NCBI GenBank assembly: GCA_951406725.2
Contig: OX597830.1
Location: 32,736,001-32,800,000 of the forward strand
DNA length: 64,000 nucleotides
Direction: 5' to 3'
DNA from: Octopus vulgaris
Taxonomy: Eukaryota
Shown here piece by piece: positions 29,263 through 44,757 of this stretch. How positions within the stretch are numbered: the stretch's first letter is position 1; each line of letters opens with the position of its first letter. Below the pieces are notes generated by a model. The model was not told where the DNA came from and made no database searches. It saw only the letters and a list, made by a program, of their open reading frames with translations. A program made the position numbers and the translations under genes.

Positions 29263-30015
29263 AACTCATTATTATTATTATTCTATGTTTGACTTTTGCT
29301 TTATATTTGTACAAGTTGGCTCCAAGTCTCACCCAGAGACCTCAAGAGACAACAGGTTGGAAGTTCATGTTGTTGTTATGCCTAGTGTGCCATATTTTTG
29401 GCTTTGTATTTAGTGTTGTACTAGTGAATGTCTTAAAAAAAAAAAAAACTTACGAAAATAATGTTTGTTTGAAAACTTGAGTTTACATATAAAGTATTTT
29501 GCGTAGGTTATGAGCAGTTCCCATGAGCACTATCTTTTGATATTATTATCATTATTATCATTATTATTATTATCATTATTATTGTTGTTGTTGTTGTTGT
29601 TATTATTCACCTGCCTTTCACCTGTTCTGAGTTCAAATTCCGCTGAGGTTAACCTTGCCTTTCATCCTTTCAGGGTCAATGAAATAAGTACCAGTTAAAC
29701 ACTGGGGTTGATGTAATCGATTCATCCTCCCTCCCCGAAGTTGCCTTTGCGGCAAAAATTCAAAATAATTATTATTTCAGTGGGCATATTTATTTACTTG
29801 TTTTAATGTTTCCTCAACACAACCATATGTCTCTCTGAACACATTGGTTTGTTTTGAGTCAAGCTGCTCAAGGCCACTTTACCCTGAAAACAGAAAGAAT
29901 ATGAATGACAGAACTGAAATATTGAAACTGATTTCAATGATCCAAAAGTAAAAAAGAAAGAGATGGAAAAGGGGTGGGTGAATAAAGAGGAAGGACCCTC
30001 CCGAGACAAGTCTAA

Positions 30016-30046
<31 letters not shown>

Positions 30047-31182
30047 TGGGGTTGGTGAGAGAAGAAGGAAAGATATGAGTTGCTCAGAACTCTATCACAA
30101 TATTTAAGCAAGGACCCTTCAGAGGAAAATCTAAATACTGTAAGTTATCTCAGCCTGCCAGCATCCCATTTTAGTCTCATCCTAATTGTTCCCTCTCTAC
30201 CACTACTACAAAAGAATTATTCTATTATTAAGTAGTTAATTTTCTTATAATGAACACTCTTTGCATTATTAAAAACGAAAAAAAAAAATTAAGGAAATTA
30301 AAAAAAATCAATAAGTATGACACCCCCACCTACATAAAAAAAATTACAATAATAACGAGGAAAAAAATTATAAAAAAAAAAAAAAGTTTAAAAAAATAAC
30401 AAATGTTTCTGTTAAAATTTCAAGTTTTAAAAAAACATAATTTATTGATTTTGATTGCTATATTTGTGTTTAATATTTTTATGCTTGAAATGTTGAAATA
30501 AGAACTGCCCCATTGCTCCCAGCCCACACCCCTTACCCATACAGCGAAAGGGAATCAAAACAGAGCTCCTCCTACATAGCATGTCCTCCCACCTTTCCTA
30601 TGCTAATTTCTCTCTATCTCTTTTGCTCTCTCTCTCTCTCTTTCCCTCTCCCTCCATCCCTCCTCCCTCTCTCTCTCTCTTTAACTTTCTCTCTTCCCAG
30701 AAGTTCACTAGTAAAATTAATGCAAGAATATCGGTGAAGTGACACATAAGAAAGAAGTGATGCAACATAGAGTCAAAGAGCCATAGAATCATAGAGTCAT
30801 GGAGTCATAGAGTCAAGGAGGAATCAGAGGGAGTGCTCTGTTTTTTTATCTTTGTGGAGCGGGGGATCGGTGGAGATTGATTGGGAGGAGGTACAAGGTC
30901 AACAAACCGAATATGTGTGTGTGCTTGTGTATTTAGGAATATGAGCAAGTGTATGTATAGGAGCATGCGTGTATGTATATGTGTGTCTGTATTTATGCAG
31001 TTTTGAGTATGCGTGCATATATATTTAGGAACATACGAGTGTTTTATGTATTTGTAAGTTTAAACATGCATGAACATCAAGTATCACTGTTTGTTGTGTT
31101 GCTTTTATATATATATATTTATTTCTTGGAATGACCAAGTTTAAATATATGTATATATATATATGTACATGTATATGCATAT

Positions 31183-31249
<67 letters not shown>

Positions 31250-31251
31250 CT

Positions 31252-31620
31252 GGAGGCGCAATGGCCCAGTGGTTAGGGCAGCTGACTTGTGGTTGTAGGA
31301 TTAATTCCCAGACTGGACGTTGTCAGTGTTTATTGAGTGAAAACAGCTAAATCTCCATGGGGCTCCGGCAGGCAGTCATGGTGAACGCTGCTCTACTCTT
31401 TCACCACAACTTTCTCTAACTCTTTCTTCCTGTTTCTGTTGTACCTGTATTTCAAAGGGCCAGCCTTGTCACCTTCTGTGTCATGCTGAATCTCCCCAGG
31501 AACTATGTTAAGGGTACATGTGTCTGTGGAGTGCTCAGCCCACTTGCATGTTAATTTCACAAGCAGGCTGTTCCGTTGATCAGATCATCTGGAACCCTTG
31601 TTGTCGTAGATAATGGAGTT
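31252..31620 (+). mobile_element. tRNA-derived SINE family D (GGAGGCGCAATGGCCCAGTGGTTAGGGCA...); related copies about 8690-9072-, 1470-1771-, 2815-3010-, 23834-24090+
   Basis: tRNA-like head with A-box TGGCCCAGTGG; body shared with 8690-9072. Confidence 0.8.
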
Positions 31621-31987
31621 CTACGATACATATATATACATACATAGATACATACATACATACATATTTATATATATATATACATATATTTATACACGAC
31701 AGGCTTCTTTCAATTTTCATCTACCAAGTTCACTCACAAGACTTTGGTCGGCCTGAGGCTATAGTAGAAGACACTTGTGCAAGGTGTCATGCAGCGGAAC
31801 TGAACCTGGAACCATGTGGTTGGGAAGCAAGCTTCTTACCACACAGCCACCCCTGTGCTTGTGTGATAAGAAAAATAAAAGAAAGATAAAATATATATAT
31901 ATATATATACATGTGAGTGTTTGCCTATATTTGTGTATGTGTATACACACATGCAAACACACACACACACACTCACATACACACGCA

Positions 31988-32027
<40 letters not shown>

Positions 32028-32800
32028 CCAAGACTCATCTCATGGTACTGAGGGATGCATCATCAGTGATGTTTCTGGCATCTTACGGGGTTTTGAGCCT
32101 TTGAACATCAGCTGCTCAGCACCCTTCTCCTAGATGACTTGTTCAAGTCCCACTTTATCCACCTCCACCACCTCCCAGGGGCAGTAAACCATTGGTCTGT
32201 CTCATTTATCCAGGGTGGCTTTTGTATATACATGTCTGAATATGTGTATGTGTGTTTGTGTGTGTTTTGTGTGTATGTGTGTGTATGTGTGTATATGTGT
32301 GTACGTGAGTTTGCGTGTGTTTAAGTGTGTGTGTGTACTGTTTTTATTAGTTATATTTATTTCTATACATATCCATGTTTTTTTGTACAATGACCCTACG
32401 AGGTCATTGCTTGGAAAATTGCTGGGGTTTTTTTCTTCATTCATAGCATTGTCATATGGGTGGGTGGCTGTGCTCATACTTTTGTGCATGATGTGAGAGG
32501 TGTGTGTGTGTGTGTGTGCATGTGTGCGTGTGTGTGTATATATGCATGTGTGTGTATATATATGTATGTATATATGTGTATGTTCATGCATGAATGGGGA
32601 TGGTATGGTTAGGGTGGTTGGAGGCATTCCTTAATTAGTTTGAGATAAAAGAATTAATGACAAGCTAGAAAAATAAATATAACATGAAATTTAAAAAAAT
32701 AAATTTTAAAATAAATGAAACAAAATAATGCAAAATATTTCAGATAAAAATATAAAACAAACCCTCACTCCACTCCACAGACACAAAAATAATAATAATG

Positions 32801-32845
<45 letters not shown>

Positions 32846-32969
32846 GTAATGAACAAACTACAAGAAACAGATAGGATCATTGGCACTGGGCAAGAGTCTT
32901 GGAGTAGCTTTGCAATTATCCTGCAGAGCCAACGCAATTGAAAATTTATCAAATGAATTGCCTATTTAA

Positions 32970-33650
32970 ATAGAGAGAAAAAGAAAGAAAAAAGTGGAGG
33001 AAGGGAAGGAGGGTGATGGAGAGTGGGAAGAAGGAGAAGAAGAATAACAATGATGACAAGAGCAATAAAGTGTTGAGGAGGAGGATAAGGAGGCAGAGGA
33101 GGAGGAAGAGGAGGAAGAGGAAGAGGAAGAGGCAGGAGACGAGGAGAAAGAAGTGATAGATGAGAAGAAGGAGGAGGAAGAAGAGGCAGGAGAGAAAGAG
33201 GAGGTGGAAGAGGCAGGAGAGAAAGAGGAGGAAGCAGAGGCAGGAGAGAAAGAGGAGGAAGAAGAGGCAGGAGAGAAAGAGGAGGAAGAAGGGGAGAAGG
33301 AAGAGGCAGAAGAGAAGGAGGAGGAAAGAGGAGGAGAAAGATGAAGCAGAAGAGAAGAAAGAGGAGGGGAAGAGGAGAGGAAGAAGAAGAAAAAGACAAA
33401 GAAGAGGAAGAAGAAGTCAAAGAAGAGGAAGAAGACAAGGAAGAGGAAGAAGACAAGGAAGAGGAAGAAGAAGACAAAGAAGAAGAAGAAGAAGAAGAAG
33501 AAGAAGAAGAAGAAGAAGAAGAAGAAGAAGAAGACGATGAAGAAGAAGAGGAACAACAACAACAGCAAGAAGAAGGAGAAGAAAGAGGAGAAAAAGATGT
33601 AGAAGTAGAAGGGGAAGAGAAAGAAGATGATGACGAAGAAGAAGAAATAG
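32970..33650 (+). repeat. Polypurine (GAA/GAG)n tract with a roughly 27-bp subrepeat (GAGGCAGGAGAGAAAGAGGAGGAAGAA)
   Basis: Directly visible; followed by a (TGC/TGT)n tract at 33685-33815. Confidence 0.9.
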
Positions 33651-34399
33651 ATGATAGTCTTCTTGTTGCTTTTGTTTGGTTTTGTTGTTGCAGTTGTAGC
33701 TGTTGCTGTTGCTGCTGCTGCTGTTGCTGCTGCTGCTGTTGCTGCTGCTGCTGTTGCTGTTGTTTATATTGTTGTTGTTGTTGCTGTTATTTATATTGTT
33801 GTTGTTGTTATTGCTAATGATGCTAACTGAAAGAGAGTAGGAGACAGAGAAGTAAAAGAAGAAAATGACAAATAAAGAGAAAGAAAAAGAGAGAGAGAGA
33901 GAGAAAGAAAGTGGAAAAACGAGGGAGTGAAAGAGTGTGAGGCTAGTGGAAGAAGAGGCTTGACGAGTGTCATTAGCTAAAGAGAGCAATTCAAAAAGAT
34001 GTGATTTTTAATTTTCATGTTTAATTCTTTTGAGAAAGTAAAGAAGATAAAGACAGATGCGCAAACCCATGTGCACATACACAGATGCACACAGATGCAC
34101 ATGCAAACATATAACCAATCATGCATCATGCATGCACACAAGCACAGCCACATGCTCTGTGACACATGGAGGCATGAATGAAACCAAGTTGACATATACA
34201 CATACACAGGCATACAAGCATGCACACATGCACACATACATACACACACATGCACACACACACACAAACTCATACACACATACACACACATACAGAAGGA
34301 TGTATATACATGAATACACACACAGACACAGATACAGAGACATATACACATAGGACATATATATAAATATGGATACATATATACACATTAACATACACA

Positions 34400-34437
<38 letters not shown>

Positions 34438-34449
34438 AATATATATTTG

Positions 34450-34481
<32 letters not shown>

Positions 34482-34950
34482 CATACATATATATATATGT
34501 ATACATATGTACACATTAACATACACATATTATGACTGGATAAACACATGTATATATGTACATGAATACACACAAAGAGACATACACCCACACACAAACA
34601 CGCATGCATACATACAAACATGCATGCATATACCTAGGTATACGTAGATACACACACACACACACACATTTCACAGTGGGTGAAAGTAAACTACAATAAC
34701 AATAAGAACGAAAGTAAAAACAAAAAACAAAAAACTGAAGACAAAATACAATGTAAAATGAACTAACATTAATAATTAATTCCAATTTTAATTGTTTGCT
34801 TTATTAAAATTTTTTCATTCTATTGTTTCTTTTCTTTATCATTAATATTATTGTTTGTTTTTTTGTTTGTTTGTTTTTCTTTATTTATCTGATATGGTTA
34901 ACAAAATCAGCTGAAAGAAGCTAGAGAATAAAACCTGACCCAAAATTATA

Positions 34951-34995
<45 letters not shown>

Positions 34996-35310
34996 TATAT
35001 ATGTATATGTATGCATATATATACATATATCATCATCATCATCATCATTTAGCGTCCGCTTTCCATGCTAGCATGGGTTGGACGGTTCAACTGGGGTCTG
35101 GGAAGCCAGAAGGCTGTATCAGGCCCAGCCAGTCTGATCTGGCAGTGTTTCTACAGCTGGATGCCCTTCCTAACACCAACCACTCCGTGAGTGTAGTGGG
35201 TGCTTTTTACGTGCCACCGACATGGGGGCCAGGCGAAGCTGGCAACAGCCATGATTGGATGGTGCTTTTGTGGCCATTGCCAGCCTCGTCTGGCCCCCGT
35301 GCCGCATATG

Positions 35311-35418
<108 letters not shown>

Positions 35419-35431
35419 CATATACATTTCC

Positions 35432-35468
<37 letters not shown>

Positions 35469-35497
35469 ACACATGCACACACACATATATATACATG

Positions 35498-35543
<46 letters not shown>

Positions 35544-36019
35544 ATATATTCATGATGTATGTATGTATGTATGTATGTATGTATTTATCTATCTATCTAT
35601 CTATCAATCAATCTATGTACCACTGGTTGATGCCAGTGCTGCCTGACTGGCTCACATGCCAGTGGGTTATAAAAAGCACCCACTACACTCTTGGAGTGGT
35701 TGGTGTTAGGAAGGGCATCCAGCTGTGGAAACCTTGTGAGACAAGATTGGAGTCTGGTGCAGCCTACTGGCTGGCCTGTCCTCAGTCAAAACCGTCCAAC
35801 TCATGCCAGCATGGAAAGTGGACATTAAACGATGATAATGATGATGATCATATATATCTACGCACATGTATAGGATCATACACATGTAGCAAAAATCGAA
35901 TTAATAGTAAGCAAAAGTATTAAATATAGATGATTTGAAGAAAAGATGATAATACCATAAATAATAATAATAGTAATAATAACGATAATAATAACAACAA
36001 CAACAACAACAACAACAAC

Positions 36020-36075
<56 letters not shown>

Positions 36076-36964
36076 TAATCATTGAATGAAAGCACAAGAA
36101 GTTACATGATTTTTAAATCACCCTACCCCAAATCAAAAATCATTATTGAAAAATTCCCCTTCCCTTGAAAATGTAGAAGAAAAAAAGTATCATTTAAAAT
36201 ATTACAAAATATTAGCAAAATTTCACAAGAAAAAATACTCAAAAAATATTTTATAATATCGCAAAAAGTCACAAAAGATCAGAAAAAAATTCATGAAAGT
36301 CATCTGTAAAAAAATTGTAAAAATTCTTTGGAATGAGAAACAATGAAAACAAATTCATCGAAAAATAATAAAGTTTTATAAAAAGGATAATATTAACAAG
36401 AAAAATTCAAATAAAAAATATAACAAAAAACATTGTATAAAAATAAAAAAAAAACGAAAGCAAAAAAGATGTGTCCAGTAAAATTCACACAAAAAGAAGT
36501 AAAAAAAAATATATGAATAAATAAATGAAAAATCAAATAAAATTATAAAATGAATATTAAAACAAATTTGAAAAACAAAAAGAAATAACAAGAAAGAAAA
36601 AATATATAAAAATGAAAGCATAAATAATTAAATAAAAATACAAGATGTTTTGTTGTTACTTGTTTTGTTTTCTCCTCCCTGGTTCTTTATTCTCTTTGTC
36701 TCAGCATCATTTGGTTATTCTTTGATATGCGTTTCAAAACAATTCAGCAATGGATTGGAAGAATCACTTAGAGCATCTGACAAGAATAAATAATGCCTTG
36801 TGGTATTTGCTTCCTTTGTTCCAGTTGCTTAGATTCTGAGTTCATATCCTGCTGAGGTCAGCGTTGCTTAGCGCTGACATAAACTTAACAATCAAGTACT
36901 GGGGCACAGAGAGAGAGAGAGTACCAATTAATCCCCACCTCACAAATTTGCTGGCTGTGTGTCT

Positions 36965-37545
36965 AAATCCTCTTCCTCCTCCTCTTCTTCTTCCCCCTCT
37001 TCTTCCTCCTCCTCCTCTTCTTCTTCTTCTTCTTCTTCCTTTTTCCTCCCCTTCTTCCTCCTCTTCTTTTTCTTCTTCTTCTTCTTCCTCTTTTTTTCTT
37101 CTTCTTTCTCTTTTTTTCGTCCTCTTCTTCCTCCCCTTCTTCCTTCTTCCTCAACTTCTTCCTCTACTTCTTCCTTCTCCTCTTCCTCCCTATTCTTCCT
37201 CCTCTTCTTCCTTCTCCCCTTCTTCCTTCTCCCATTCCCCTCCTCCTCCTTTACTACCTCCACCATTACTTCTTCCTTCCCTCCTCCTCTACTTCCTCCT
37301 CCTCTTCTACTTCTTCTTCCTCCTCCTCTACTTCTTCCTCCTCCCCTCCACTTCTTCCTCCCCCTCCTCTTCTGCCCCTGCGTCTTCCTCCCCTCCTCCT
37401 CTTCTGAGCCTGCCTCTTCTTCCCCCTTCCTCTTCAACCCACTGCCTCTTCCTCTCCTCCACCTCTTCCGTCCCTCCTCCTCTTCCCTCTTCCTCGTTCC
37501 TCCTCCGCTTAATCCTCCCCTCCTCCCCTTCACCTTATTCCCATG
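36965..37545 (+). repeat. Polypyrimidine (CTT/CCT)n tract
   Basis: Directly visible. Confidence 0.9.
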
Positions 37546-38133
37546 CCACTTATTATTTATTATAATTATTATTATCATTATTATAATAATTATTATTATC
37601 ATTATTGTTGTTATTATTATTATTGAGTGAGAGAGCAATGCATGCCATCAAAGTGACATTGGGGTACAAATATACGAAGCCCTATATATACCCTTCATGA
37701 CTAGGTAGTCTGATAAGGGTACACTAGGCACATGCCTCACAGCCATATGTGTGCAACATAGTGATCCGATATCAAGATAAACAGCACATGACCTTGCAGG
37801 TGGGCGCAGTTGAGTAGTTGAGTAGTCCATCCCACTCAAAAGGTCCCTGAATAAGGCTTGTTTAAGGATGATGAACAAAATACCCATGTTTCCAAAGGTG
37901 AATTATTCAAACCCCAAAGAATCCATTGCTATGATGCTCCCCCACTACTTCTGCCCGTGATCAGAGATGCACATATCATCAATCACTAAAGGACCTACTC
38001 AACTGGTTAAGGTCAAACAACTGACAAGCAAATCTGTGGTATTGAGCAGAATATTTGCTGTAGCCCATCTTTAATACCAAGACAAAACAATGTATATGAT
38101 AATACTTCCTATCAGTTAAGATCAGAAGCCATG

Positions 38134-39600
38134 AGAGCCATAGGTTCATACACTCCATAATCCAAGAATGTGGGATCATATCATATGTTTTACGATCGTT
38201 GATCCATGACATGTCTCAGTAACTTTTCTTCCTCTTGCAATTTCTGAGTACAGTTTTGTCTATCATGAGTTGATCCTCGGTACCTCTGCACTTGCACTTG
38301 CAACCCTTGTGCTCATGTGGCAGGACTCCATTTTTTCCAGATGTTTGTACATCGACTCTGCGAGTATTTCAGTCAATAACTTCCACATAAGTGGCAGACA
38401 GGATATCAGCCTGTAATTGTCTACCGTATTCCTTTTTTCAATGTTTTTCAGGCACAGCACTGTCCTACCCAATGTCAACCACTCTGGTGTTATTTGGTCA
38501 GCATTTAACAAGGTGTTGAGTTGCGCAGCTATTCGTACATGACATTCACTAAATCTTTTGATCCATCTAGACCTGGGGCCTTCCTGTTGCTCATTTTTTT
38601 GCTGATTTCCTTCACTTCCCAAACTGAAATGACTAGTTCTGCTTGTTTTGGACAGACTACTGTTTGTTTTAGTTCTTGCAACCATTCTGCATCTTTCTTG
38701 TGCTCCTTGTCTTTGCTCCAGTTGTCACTCCAAAACCTTTGACTTTCAATGTTATCTGGTATCAACTTTTCATCTGTACACTCTCCATTTCTTTCTTTAT
38801 AGAATCTCTTCTGATCTACTCTGACTAACCTATTCTGGTGTTAACCCCTCATTCTTTGGTCGTATCTTTGCTTTCATTGCAATGAGGCACTGTTTCAGTT
38901 CCTCCATTACTACTTTCAGGCCTCTCTTTCAATATTACACTTCCTTTCCAGTGCCCTGCATTTATTTTTTTATTTTTTGGGGGGGCTTTTAAGCTCCCCT
39001 TTTTTTTTCGGTCCAGCACATAGATTTCCTTCAAGAGCATGTCTAACCCTGTCTGGATTCTTCTTTTCCACCATGGATCTTTTCTTTTGTCACTTCCATT
39101 ATGTTTCTTTTTCTTGATATCAACACCCACGTTTTCTGCTACAACAATTCTTGTTGCCTTGATCAAATTATTTGTTTCTGTGATGTTGTTTGTTCTGAAG
39201 TATTTCAGAATTTTATTGACGTTTTTCGTTTCTTGGTTCAATTTCCATCGCTCAACCTTTTTAAGGTTGCAAATAATGTCGCTATCATTCTCCTGTGGTC
39301 TTACCTTTATTCTGTCGTAGATTGCCTTTTGTTCATCTGTCACATTGCTATTAGTTTTATCATCTTCTTTTAGATCATCTATATATCTATATATCTCTCA
39401 TCAAGTAAACTACCACTGCTCCTTTCCTGTACTATAAGATTACACTTATTAGTAAGAACCATGTTTTCATTGTTATCTATGTTGCTACCTGTCTTTTGAT
39501 AGCTTTGAGCTCTACTTCTGTGAACCAACAATTTTTTCTTATTACTCTAGCTTGATCACATAGTCTCTGTTCCGTGAGCTGAAACAATCCCTTTTCTCTC
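38134..39600 (-). pseudogene. R4/Dong-like (RLE-type) non-LTR retrotransposon remnant: N-terminal region and start of RT
   Basis: Frameshifted fragments [71 protein letters not shown]. Confidence 0.85.
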
Positions 39601-41372
39601 GAATGATCATACATACATTGTCAGTAACTCCTAATTTGAGCACCATTTTCGTCTTCCAGGATGCTCAAGGAGTAACACTCCATGACCACAGCATTAATTT
39701 GCTTGCTCCATCTATGCCATGTGCAGTGATCCCATTCTGGATATCAACAGGCTGGAGCCAGCAAGATTTGAGGAATAGAGGCCAATATAGCAGAGAGAAG
39801 AGACAGCATACCTGTGTACTAGAGGCTGGAGTATGTCCATTAATAGTTGAACTCCAAGTCGTGAGGTGACTGTTTCTGGATGTAGTCCCCTATGTGAGCA
39901 AATGTTATTTTCAGAAGTACACAAAAATCTAATTATAGTTGGTTTGATCTTTCTCCTCAGCAGATCTCTCTGAATCTAACCTAAACTTGTTATTAACTTT
40001 GTCAGTAAGATTAACATTGCCAAGTAGCTCTAGATGAGCCCTGATCAAGCAAACCCATGATCAAAAACATTCCAGCCTGGGCCATCTGGCTGGTGATTAT
40101 ATGACCAGATGTCTATTCTATACCAGTAATCTGTATTACTGCAATTTCTTCAGACAGTCTATCTAGTCCTAAATTACTCAGCATGTTCTTTTTTATAAGA
40201 CAGTAGTGTATGATTTGAATGTGAGATTTGACTGCCATTTCAAGCAGGTCAAACTATTGTCTGCAGCCTCACTCTTTGGTTCATTGTTTCTACTGCTGTT
40301 GTTACTGTCCAAAGAAGTTTGAAAATCTAAGATAGATTGCTGCAAGACAATGATACTGTAGAATGGTTTTTTTCTTGTCCATTTGTTTACAAATTCTTCT
40401 AAAATAAAATTTTACTCTGAAAATTAAAGATAAGATAAACGCTTTTTTAAAAATCATTCTTGTCTATATTTTTTAAACTTTCATGTCTTGGAAAATTTGT
40501 CTAAATTTTATGTATTGATTTTATATTTCATACCATTTTTTTCCTTATTTTATTGGCTTTGGTAACTCTTCTTTGATGAGAATCTTCTAGAAACTTCAAT
40601 ATCTAAAGTTAAAAATAGCAGTGGATTGACAGAATCATTAGCGTGTCAGAGAAAAAAAATCTCTTGCGGCATTCAGACATGGTTCTTTATATTCTGAGTT
40701 CAAATTTCATTGAGGTCAGCTTTACCTTTCATTCTTCCAGATTCAATAAAGGAGAAATACTGGAATTGATATGATCACTTATGTCCTTCCTCTGAATTTG
40801 AGGCCTCATCATAAGGCTGGAAGTGAGCTGACAGAATCGTTAGCACACTGGGAAAAATTCTTAATGACATTTTGTCCATCTGTTCAAATTCCCCCAAGAT
40901 TGACTTTGCCTTTCATCCTTCCAGGGTTAATGAAACAATTATCAGTTGAACATTTGTGTCAAAATTCAAAGTCAATGTTTCACCGTCATAAGGCAATGAG
41001 CTGGCAGAATTGTTAGCATGCTGGACAAAATACTTAGCTGTATTTCACCCATCGTTACGTTCTGAGTTCAAATTCCACTGAGGTTGACTTTGCCTTTCAT
41101 CCTTTCGGGGGTCAATTAAATAAGTGACAGTTACGCACTGGGGTCGATATGATCAATTTAATCCCTTCCCCCAAATCTGAGGCCTTGGTGCTTCCAGTAG
41201 AAAAGATTCATTAGAAACATTTTGTACATCTTTGCATTCTGAGTTCAAATTCCACTGAGGTCAACCCTGCTTTTCATCTGTAAGCCCATTAATCACAGGT
41301 TTCCTTAATAATGACAAGAACAACATTTTATCCCTAAAAGTTATAAACCTAATAACAAATAAAAAATTATCA

Positions 41373-41403
<31 letters not shown>

Positions 41404-43421
41404 CATCATCATCATCAACATCATCACTGTCGTCATCATCATCATAGTCTTCAGGATGATGGTTGACCAAGGGTTAAATAACAGCTGCAGCAGCAGCAGC
41501 AATTTTCCTATTTGTAGTGTCATAATGTAATCTTTTTTCTTCTATCTTGTTTAGTCATTGGAGTGTGGCCATTCTGGGGCACTAACTTCTAAAATTTAGT
41601 TGATCAAATTGACCCCAGTACCTAACTTTTAAATCTGATACTTATTGTGCCATACCTGGGGGCCAAATTGTTAATTTTTGAGGATGTAAACATACCAACA
41701 CTGGTTATCAAGTGATGGTGAATTACATATTTATATAAACACTGATATACAGACAAAGACACAAACATAGATATACTGATACATGCACACACATACACAC
41801 ACATACATGCATACATGCAGTAGGCTTCCTCACAGTTTCCATGTACCAAATTCGTTTACAAGCTATTGATGAACCAAGTGCTATAGAAGAAGAAACTTTC
41901 ATTAGGTACTGAACCGGAAATAATATCAGTCATATAATTGCAATCAAATAATTTGAAATCGACGTTTCTCCATCATAAGGCAGTGTTAAAAGCATTTTAG
42001 TCATCTTTACATTCTGAGATCACATTCCACCAAGGTTGACCTTGCTTTTCATCTACAAGGCCATTAATCACAAACTGAAGTCATATAATTGCAAAAAAAA
42101 TTTAAAAAAAAAGGAACACCTCCATCGCTCATGAATGACCATGGGATTGCACCTAGAAAGTTACCCTCTGAGGTACAAGTCTGGGCAAAGTTGTTTATGG
42201 TTGTTAAAGGTGGTGAGCTGGCAGAAATGTTAAGCATGTCAGGCAAAAGGCTCATGGTATTTCGTCCATCTTTACGTTCTGAATTCAAATTCTGCCAAGG
42301 TCGACTTTGACTTTCATCCTTTCGGACTGGGGTTGATCTAATCGACTGGCCAATCCCACAAAATTTCAGGCCTTGTGCCTAGAGTAGAAAAGGTTGTTTA
42401 AGGAAGACCAGCCTCCTGTCTCTATGCCACTGATGTTGTCCAAGGGAAAGGCAAAGGCTGAAACAGCTTGGCACCATTGATGTTGCATCTCATTTCTACA
42501 GCTGAATAAACTGGAGTGATGTGAAATAAAGCGTTTTACTCAAGAACGCAACACACAACCCGGTCTGAGAATTGAACTCACTACCTCACGATTGTGAGCC
42601 CGACTCTCTAACCACTGAGCCATGCACATTAGCAAGCTTGTTAACAACACAGCCATGTTTTAGATAAAGCAAAGAGAAAATGGCAGCACAGAGGGGATGT
42701 AGGGGAAGAACAAGAAACCAGAAATGAATAAATAAATACAGAAGAAATGGATGAAAGATCTACAGAATTGGTGTATAAAAAAAAAGTAAAAAAGAAGAAC
42801 GAAATCAAGCTCTTTAATGAAGATTTCCAAATGTGGAAACAAAAAAAAAAAATAATACATAGGAATGGGAGGTTGGCAGTAGGTGTTTGGGTTGACAGTC
42901 AGAATCTCACTCCAGGAGAGTTTTAACCTTTTGAAGACAAAGACTATTGATGCCAAAAAATACAGAACCGTTTCGAAAAAGATACAAAAATAATGGTACG
43001 TGTTATTATTTAAAATTCTCTAAAAATAAACAAAACACCGAAATCTTCAATAGATAAAGTATATATATCTGTGAGTGTGTATGTGTGTGTGTATATGATT
43101 ATGTGTGTGTGTATGTGTGTGTATATACATATATATATCTACACATACATATACATATATATGTGTGTATGTAATGTGTGTGTGTGTGTATGTATGATTA
43201 TGTGTGTGTGTATGTGTGTGTGTATACATATATATATCTACATATACATATACATATATATGTGTGTATGCATGTGTGTATATATATGTATATATATATA
43301 TACACACACATATGCATATGTATACATATGAACATACATATGCATATACATGCATATGCACACAGAGACGCACACATATATATTCATATATGCATGTATA
43401 TTTATATATGAATATCTGTGG

Positions 43422-43461
<40 letters not shown>

Positions 43462-44116
43462 ATATATATATGTATATATATGTGTATATATATATGTGCA
43501 TATATATGTATATATATGTATATATATGTATATATATGTATATATATATATATATATATATCTACATATGTATATATACATATACATATATGCATATACA
43601 AACAAACATACATATATAAAGTTATATATCTATCGATACATACATATATAGCTACATCTATATATATACATATGTATAAACACACATACACACACACCCT
43701 TACAAACACACACACACAAACACACACACATGCACACACGCAGTCTTAGAGGGGAAAAAGAAACTCCAGCTCTTCCTTCTTTCTGTCACACAAAGAAATG
43801 AAATGACAGGCCACTACATCGGTCAAATTATCGTATAAAGGTTAATAGAGTAGAATGGTTCAATACTTGTGCTTGCTAATGACCGTTCCTGTGACACAAC
43901 AACGGCCATAGCTAAGCTTTGTTGCTTCCATCCAAAGAATAAGAAAAGAGTCCGGTTAACTTTTACCAAACAGGCATTGTTGTAAGAATCTTAGTTTTTG
44001 TATAAATTTTATTCATTTTTTTTCCATTTAGTTTTGGTACGAATTCATGAATAAAATATATACATATACACATATATATATATAAGGAATTTCTACAAAC
44101 ACAAAAACAAAAAGGA

Positions 44117-44204
<88 letters not shown>

Positions 44205-44226
44205 GTATATATATATATGTATATAT

Positions 44227-44310
<84 letters not shown>

Positions 44311-44703
44311 TACATATATATGTATACCTCTCTCTCTCCCCTTTCCTCTCTCTCCCTCCATCCCTCTTACTCCCTCATCCCTCTCTCTATATATATATAT
44401 CTCTATGCATGTATGTATGTATACATGTATGTTTGTATATATGAATGTATATATGTACGTGCATACATATGAATGTATGTGTGTATGTGTGCATTTATGT
44501 ATCTGTGCATATGTATATGTATATGTATGCATATGTATATGTATGTATATATACATAAATATATAGGTGTGTGAGTGTGTGCATGTGTGTGAGTATGTGT
44601 GTGTGTGTATACTTGTATATATGCATGTATATGTATATTTATATATGTTTATATGTATGTATATGTTTATATACATATGCATGTATATATATATGTGTGT
44701 GTC

Positions 44704-44757
<54 letters not shown>

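Noticed and set aside
33341-33817. Glu-rich then Cys-rich 158-aa ORF
   Set aside because: Product of adjacent (GAA)n and (TGC/TGT)n microsatellites; several frames are open; no convincing splice or start context.
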